Below, one piece after another: positions 59,806 through 64,000 of a DNA stretch of 64,000 nucleotides. The stretch is from Terriglobia bacterium. GTDB lineage: Bacteria; Acidobacteriota; Terriglobia; 2-12-FULL-54-10. The number at the start of each line of letters is the position of its first letter. Within the stretch, counting starts at the first letter, position 1. Under the pieces are notes generated by a model that did no database searches, had not been told where the DNA came from, and worked only from the letters and a program-made list of their open reading frames with translations. The translations under genes and the position numbers were made by a program. The DNA lies in NCBI GenBank assembly GCA_963666975.2, contig CAXVYR010000004.1:1792001-1856000 (forward strand), written 5' to 3'.

Positions 59806-60958
59806 ATGTCACCTCCAACGGTTGCTTATATGATGCCGGTTGAGCAATCACGCCTAAGAGCGAGAACAGAAGAATCACAACCCACTGGCGCAAAAAGCTA
59901 AGCTCGAATAAGGCCGCAAAACAGAAACCGATGAGCGCGGCCAGTGCACCTGCGCCCAAGATTCGAGCTTCGGGCAGTTCGGCGCGAATGAGCGTGAGGG
60001 CTTTGGAAAGCCCGGAAATAAGCAGGTATCCAAGAGCGGCCAAGCCGATGATTCCCTGCTCGGCGAGGGTCTCGAGATAAAGATTGTGCACCCATCGGGT
60101 ATTAATAAGGTCAATCGAGGTGTAATCGAAGGTATGCGTTCCCTGTCCCAATAAAGGGGCCTGAAGAAAATTCGCCCATGCCACCGACCAAATCGGAATT
60201 CGCGCATCCCAAAATCGGCTGGCTCCTGCATTCCAGATGAGACCGAACTTGGTCACAAGTGGAAAACCGAGGAATCCATCGATCAGCAGCGTAACAGCAA
60301 GGATCACAAGGCTAAATGGCAAAGCAAGCCGCGGCCGCAGCAACGCGGCAACGCAAGCCAAAGAACCGATCATCGTCAGGATTGCCACGCGGCTCTGAAT
60401 AACGCACACGGCGCAGACACTCAGGAGGATGGAAAGCACAGCCAAGGCTCTTACCGCCTTGCTGCCCTCACACCACAACAATGCCAGCGACAGGGGTGCG
60501 ACTACGGCAAGAAAAGCGGTATCATTCGGCACAACTAGGAGCGGGCTTCGCACATCCGATATCCAATTATCCCATCCATAGGGAACTACCCAGCCTTTCC
60601 TCCACGCAATCCGAACCACTTCAAACGCAATGCCAAGTCCAACCGCAGAAAAAGTTAGGTAGAGCAGACGTGTATGCCGAGTCCCATGAAAGTGCTCGGC
60701 AACTAAAAAGAAGAGAAGGACAGCGGGCAATAAAGGTGCGCTTAATCTCAGGCTTCTGCCCATGTCCTCCGACACCAGAATGGCCAGTCCTGTCACGAGC
60801 AAAAAAATGAGCACAGGAAAAAACAATGGCGAGCTGCCGGTGGGGTTGTTCCGGTAACTGATAACAGCAACCAAGCCGCCACTCACGGCAAGAACAACCA
60901 ATGGGATGTCCCGCTCAAACGGGACTGCAATGCCCGCAACATAGGCGCAAACTCCCAT
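59789..60958 (-). CDS. O-antigen ligase (Wzy_C) family membrane protein
   Basis: QSR, R..IW..A...F...PLLG.G, HNLYLETLAEQGIIG; start uncertain. Confidence 0.82.
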   Translation of the reverse strand: MGVCAYVAGIAVPFERDIPLVVLAVSGGLVAVISYRNNPTGSSPLFFPVLIFLLVTGLAILVSEDMGRSLRLSAPLLPAVLLFFLVAEHFHGTRHTRLLYLTFSAVGLGIAFEVVRIAWRKGWVVPYGWDNWISDVRSPLLVVPNDTAFLAVVAPLSLALLWCEGSKAVRALAVLSILLSVCAVCVIQSRVAILTMIGSLACVAALLRPRLALPFSLVILAVTLLIDGFLGFPLVTKFGLIWNAGASRFWDARIPIWSVAWANFLQAPLLGQGTHTFDYTSIDLINTRWVHNLYLETLAEQGIIGLAALGYLLISGLSKALTLIRAELPEARILGAGALAALIGFCFAALFELSFLRQWVVILLFSLLGVIAQPASYKQPLEVTCEQQP

Positions 60959-61241
60959 CGGACCCAGTGCTAAGGCCCAATTCAGACGAGAAATGGAAAA
61001 CCTGGTATCCGGCAGCGTAGCTCACCCCTTTTCAGGGTCCGGCCAGTGTCAGCAATGTAACCGGAGTTTCTGAATTTCCTTGGGTCAATATCTTATGTCC
61101 CGCTACTTTCCTGATCAAGTACATTATCAGCAAAAGACCCTAGTACGTATGAGCATCCTGGAACCTTCAGGACTGCACATGGGTCGCTCCGTTGGCGGCG
61201 GTTTAATGATGAAAATGGCATAAATTACCGATTTGCCGTAG

Positions 61242-62174
61242 CTACCGGCAACCTTCCAGCGCCTTCAGCACTCCGCCTGCTAGTTCCCTCCGGTCCTCGG
61301 AAGATCGCATCACCGTCTGCGTCACCACCGCACGCATTTCCTTCTGCGCTATGATTTCCCTTTGCTGGGCGTCCTGCTCATCGAGGACAAAGACCTTCGC
61401 GAAGTCCCGGTACAACTCCGCCACCGCCGCCGCCGAAGCGCCGTAGCCGAGCGCCGCCATGTTGCGGGCTGCCGGTCCTTTTAATGCGCGGCCTCCGACG
61501 ATGGGGCTGATGGCGGCGACCGTCGCCGTGGTGTTTCGCAGAGCCTCCCGAATTCCCGGAACTGCCAGTATGGGACCGATGCTGAGGATTGGATTGCTGG
61601 GGGCCAGGATCACGGCGTCGGCGCGCGTGATCGATTCCAACACGCCCGGCGCGGGCTTGCTGGCGGCGGCGGCTGAAAAATCGGCTTCCCGCACCTCCGG
61701 CTGCTGTCGCAGCTTTACGAAATATTCCTGGAAGGAAAGCTCGCCTTGATCGGTTCGCAGGCGCGTTCCGGCGGGGGCGTCTGTCATCGGAATGATTCGG
61801 CAACGAACCCCGAACGCGCGGCGCAATTCCTCGGTGACCTCCGTGAGCGTCGCGCCCTGCCGGAGCCGCCGCGTGCGGCGCAGGTGCGTGGCCAGGTCGC
61901 GGTCGCCCAGACGAAACCAAGTCTGCTCGCCCATGCGTTCGAGCGCCGCCAGGCAATGGAACGTTTCGCCGGCGAGGCCCCATCCCTGGGTGCGGTCTAC
62001 AACGCCCGCCAGGGTGTAGAGCACGGTGTCAATGTCGGGCGAGACGTGGAGGCCGTGAAACTCGGCGTCATCGCCGGTGTTGGCGATGACGGTGATCTGC
62101 TCCGGGGGCATCACATCCGCCAACCCTTCCAGCAATTTCGCGGCTCCCACGCCGCCAGCCAGTACAGTGATCAT
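61242..62174 (-). CDS. cofD: 2-phospho-L-lactate transferase (F420 biosynthesis)
   Basis: LAGGVGAAK, NTGDD, GLHVSPDIDTV, WFRLGDRDLATH, FQEYFV, PSNP..SIGPIL, KGPA. Confidence 0.93.
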   Translation of the reverse strand: MITVLAGGVGAAKLLEGLADVMPPEQITVIANTGDDAEFHGLHVSPDIDTVLYTLAGVVDRTQGWGLAGETFHCLAALERMGEQTWFRLGDRDLATHLRRTRRLRQGATLTEVTEELRRAFGVRCRIIPMTDAPAGTRLRTDQGELSFQEYFVKLRQQPEVREADFSAAAASKPAPGVLESITRADAVILAPSNPILSIGPILAVPGIREALRNTTATVAAISPIVGGRALKGPAARNMAALGYGASAAAVAELYRDFAKVFVLDEQDAQQREIIAQKEMRAVVTQTVMRSSEDRRELAGGVLKALEGCR

Positions 62175-62322
62175 ATCAAAGCCATTACTGGGACCAGGAG
62201 TCCATCCTCTGTAGACCTCTATCTCCTTTCATTGCAAGATGTCGACAGGAAGCCAGGAGTGCTGCGGTGGCTTTGTTTTAAAAAAAAACTTTTCCCCCAA
62301 CGCATTCTTGCTCACTCAAAAC

Positions 62323-62988
62323 TTACTCCCGGCTCCGGGTAGTATTAGCGGGTTCCGAGCCCCCTTCACCGCCACGTCCGGGGCGGCCGGCCCGGGCTCC
62401 CTGGAGACGTTGGAGTTCTTGCAGTGCACGGTAGAAACTCCGCTCCAGCCTGCCCTCGTAACGGGAGAGCTTCACAAAGCTATCTGCCCGCTCGCTGTCG
62501 CTGATAAAGGCGCGACCCAATGTAGAGCTCTCGGATTCTTGCAGAGCCCGCGCCTCGCGGACTTTGGAAACTGACTCCTCTTCGGAGCCCGGTTCCTCCC
62601 CGTGTAATTTCTGCAACTCCGGAACATCTCTCCATATATAGGCGTGCGAATTTCGGCTCGCAACAGTCTCGTAATAGTTCCAAACGAATAAGTCGGATTC
62701 GAGCCCGCCCAGCCGGCGAATTCTCCAGGCCAGGGCGATAAGGCGGTCGGCCAGCAGCAACTCCAGTTCTCCCACCGGCTTCAGCTCGGCGGAAAGCTGC
62801 TCCCGGAAATCGCGCCAATCGCTCTGTTTCTCTCCGGGCAACAGCAGTTGCCGGGAGTGCAGGCCATGCTTCCAGGCATTCCATCGGACGGCACTCTTGC
62901 CCGCAGGCGTTTTTGGCCCGGTGGAGCGGAGGGCGTTTCGCCGGTTGGCCTCTAGCCTTCGTTGGGAGATCAGTTTCGCGTCGCTCAT
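62323..62988 (-). CDS. Conserved hypothetical protein (ANRRNA-STGPKT-GK motif)
   Basis: SQRRLEANRRNALRSTGPKTPAGK...NAWKHGL...LSRYE..LERSFYRAL; start at MSDAK. Confidence 0.75.
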   Translation of the reverse strand: MSDAKLISQRRLEANRRNALRSTGPKTPAGKSAVRWNAWKHGLHSRQLLLPGEKQSDWRDFREQLSAELKPVGELELLLADRLIALAWRIRRLGGLESDLFVWNYYETVASRNSHAYIWRDVPELQKLHGEEPGSEEESVSKVREARALQESESSTLGRAFISDSERADSFVKLSRYEGRLERSFYRALQELQRLQGARAGRPGRGGEGGSEPANTTRSRE

Positions 62989-63330
62989 CGGCTTCCTCGC
63001 CCCCTTTTCGCTTTCCTTCCTCGCTGTCATCCCGAGCCGCTTCGCAGACATCCTGAGGAGCCCTTCGGCTGCGCTCAGGGTAAACTCTGCAACACGAAGG
63101 ATCTGCTTTCCCCGCTCAGAGCTTGCCCTGAGCTTGCCGAAGGGGCAGGCTCCGCGAGGGAGCTGCTTGATTGCCATCATATCCGAGCGCGAGGAAAAAT
63201 CGAAAAGAAGCTCGGAAGATTCGGAAGATTCGGGAGACTCGGTAGATTCGGTAGAATAGGGACGCGGCATGAGATAATCACTCCATGACGTCTATCTATA
63301 GCATTTCTCGCCTTGTGTATATCGGGCAGT

Positions 63331-63417
63331 GGTAGCCACGACGAGCGCTTTACCTCGTCGTGGGTCGTTGCGGGCAAGGAAAAACCCACGGCGAAAAAAC
63401 AATTCGCCGTGGCTACC
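63331..63417. repeat. Inverted doublet of GTAG-type REPs (REPIN/BIME-like)
   Basis: GGTAGCCACGACGAG..CTCGTCGTGGG and AACCCACGGCGAA..TTCGCCGTGGCTACC. Confidence 0.7.
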
Positions 63418-63475
63418 AAAGATTAGCCAGACTACACCAATTGGTGAAATGCTCTAAGAGCGGGAGAAAGGGCGA

Positions 63476-64000
63476 ATGCCGAAAGAAACCATTCACACGA
63501 TTCACAATGATGAGGCTACCCAAAACGACACTCTGAACCGCCTGCAGTACGCCAAAGCTTTCGCGCGGCTGGCGGAGACCTGCGATACGCCGTTAGTGAT
63601 TGGCCTGTATGGCGGCTGGGGTATTGGCAAAACCTCACTCATGAAGCAGATTGAAGGGCAGCTAGACCCCTCTAAAACACGCCCGGTTTGGTTTGACCCC
63701 TGGCAACACCAGTTTGACGAATCTCCTGCCCTGGCTTTGTTGCACACGCTGGTCGATACCTTCGATTTGCAGGAGGAGGGAAAGAAGCTTCTCACGGTAA
63801 TCGCCGGCGCATTCGGCTCCATGCTATTGAAGGCCACTACTACTCTGTCGCTAAGGGATGTGGACGAGCTGGGCAAGCGTTATGAGGAAGAACGCTTTCA
63901 GGCGCGGGAAGCCCGCGTGCGTTTACACCAGCACTACCAGGAGCTGATCGAAAAGGCGCAAGGCAACCCGCAACGTCGCCTCGTCTTTTTCGTCGATGAC
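63476..64000 (+). CDS. KAP-family P-loop NTPase (partial, runs off window end)
   Basis: Manual translation: D.LNR..YA..., PLVIGLYGGWGIGKTSLM (Walker A), VWFDPW, RRLVFFVDD (Walker B). Confidence 0.88.
   Translation, partial: MPKETIHTIHNDEATQNDTLNRLQYAKAFARLAETCDTPLVIGLYGGWGIGKTSLMKQIEGQLDPSKTRPVWFDPWQHQFDESPALALLHTLVDTFDLQEEGKKLLTVIAGAFGSMLLKATTTLSLRDVDELGKRYEEERFQAREARVRLHQHYQELIEKAQGNPQRRLVFFVDD

Noticed and set aside
62989-63270. N-terminal extension of the 62323-63270 ORF
   Set aside because: Consists of translated palindromic and 9-bp tandem repeats; the real start is more likely 62988.
1-64000. CRISPR array, tRNA or rRNA genes
   Set aside because: No regularly spaced repeat-spacer array, cloverleaf or rRNA signature was seen by eye.

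Overview
GC-rich bacterial chromosomal segment, probably Acidobacteriota (inferred from gene content and protein styles; not verifiable here). The housekeeping backbone is methylmalonyl-CoA mutase, thiG, lepA, rnpB, sodA, a tRNA nucleotidyltransferase, xerD, lpxD, leuS, nfo and proC. Accessory patches: (i) two tandem type IV pilin paralogs with a sigma54-like promoter; (ii) a cassette-like gene string at 13-18 kb with degenerate attC-like sites and REP palindromes, ending in a RelE-type TA module bracketed by a duplicated lepA 3' end; (iii) downstream of rnpB, a HEPN-like gene and a SRAP / LexA / DinB damage-tolerance cassette with its own palindromic operator, flanked by ~65-bp direct repeats; (iv) a trehalose HAD/otsB/GH65 operon; (v) a TetR-led CoA-transferase / enoyl-CoA hydratase / 4-hydroxybenzoyl-CoA reductase (hcrCAB) / amidohydrolase cluster, interrupted by a TA pair that looks like an integron cassette; (vi) a SAM-I riboswitch ahead of a thrC-like + MoaD/ThiS sulfur-carrier pair; (vii) a decaying region with frameshifted or truncated genes, cofD and the start of a KAP NTPase. 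Intergenic DNA is rich in REP/MITE-like repeats and short (8-19 bp, often 12 bp) tandem duplications. All calls come from reading motifs by eye; no database search was run.
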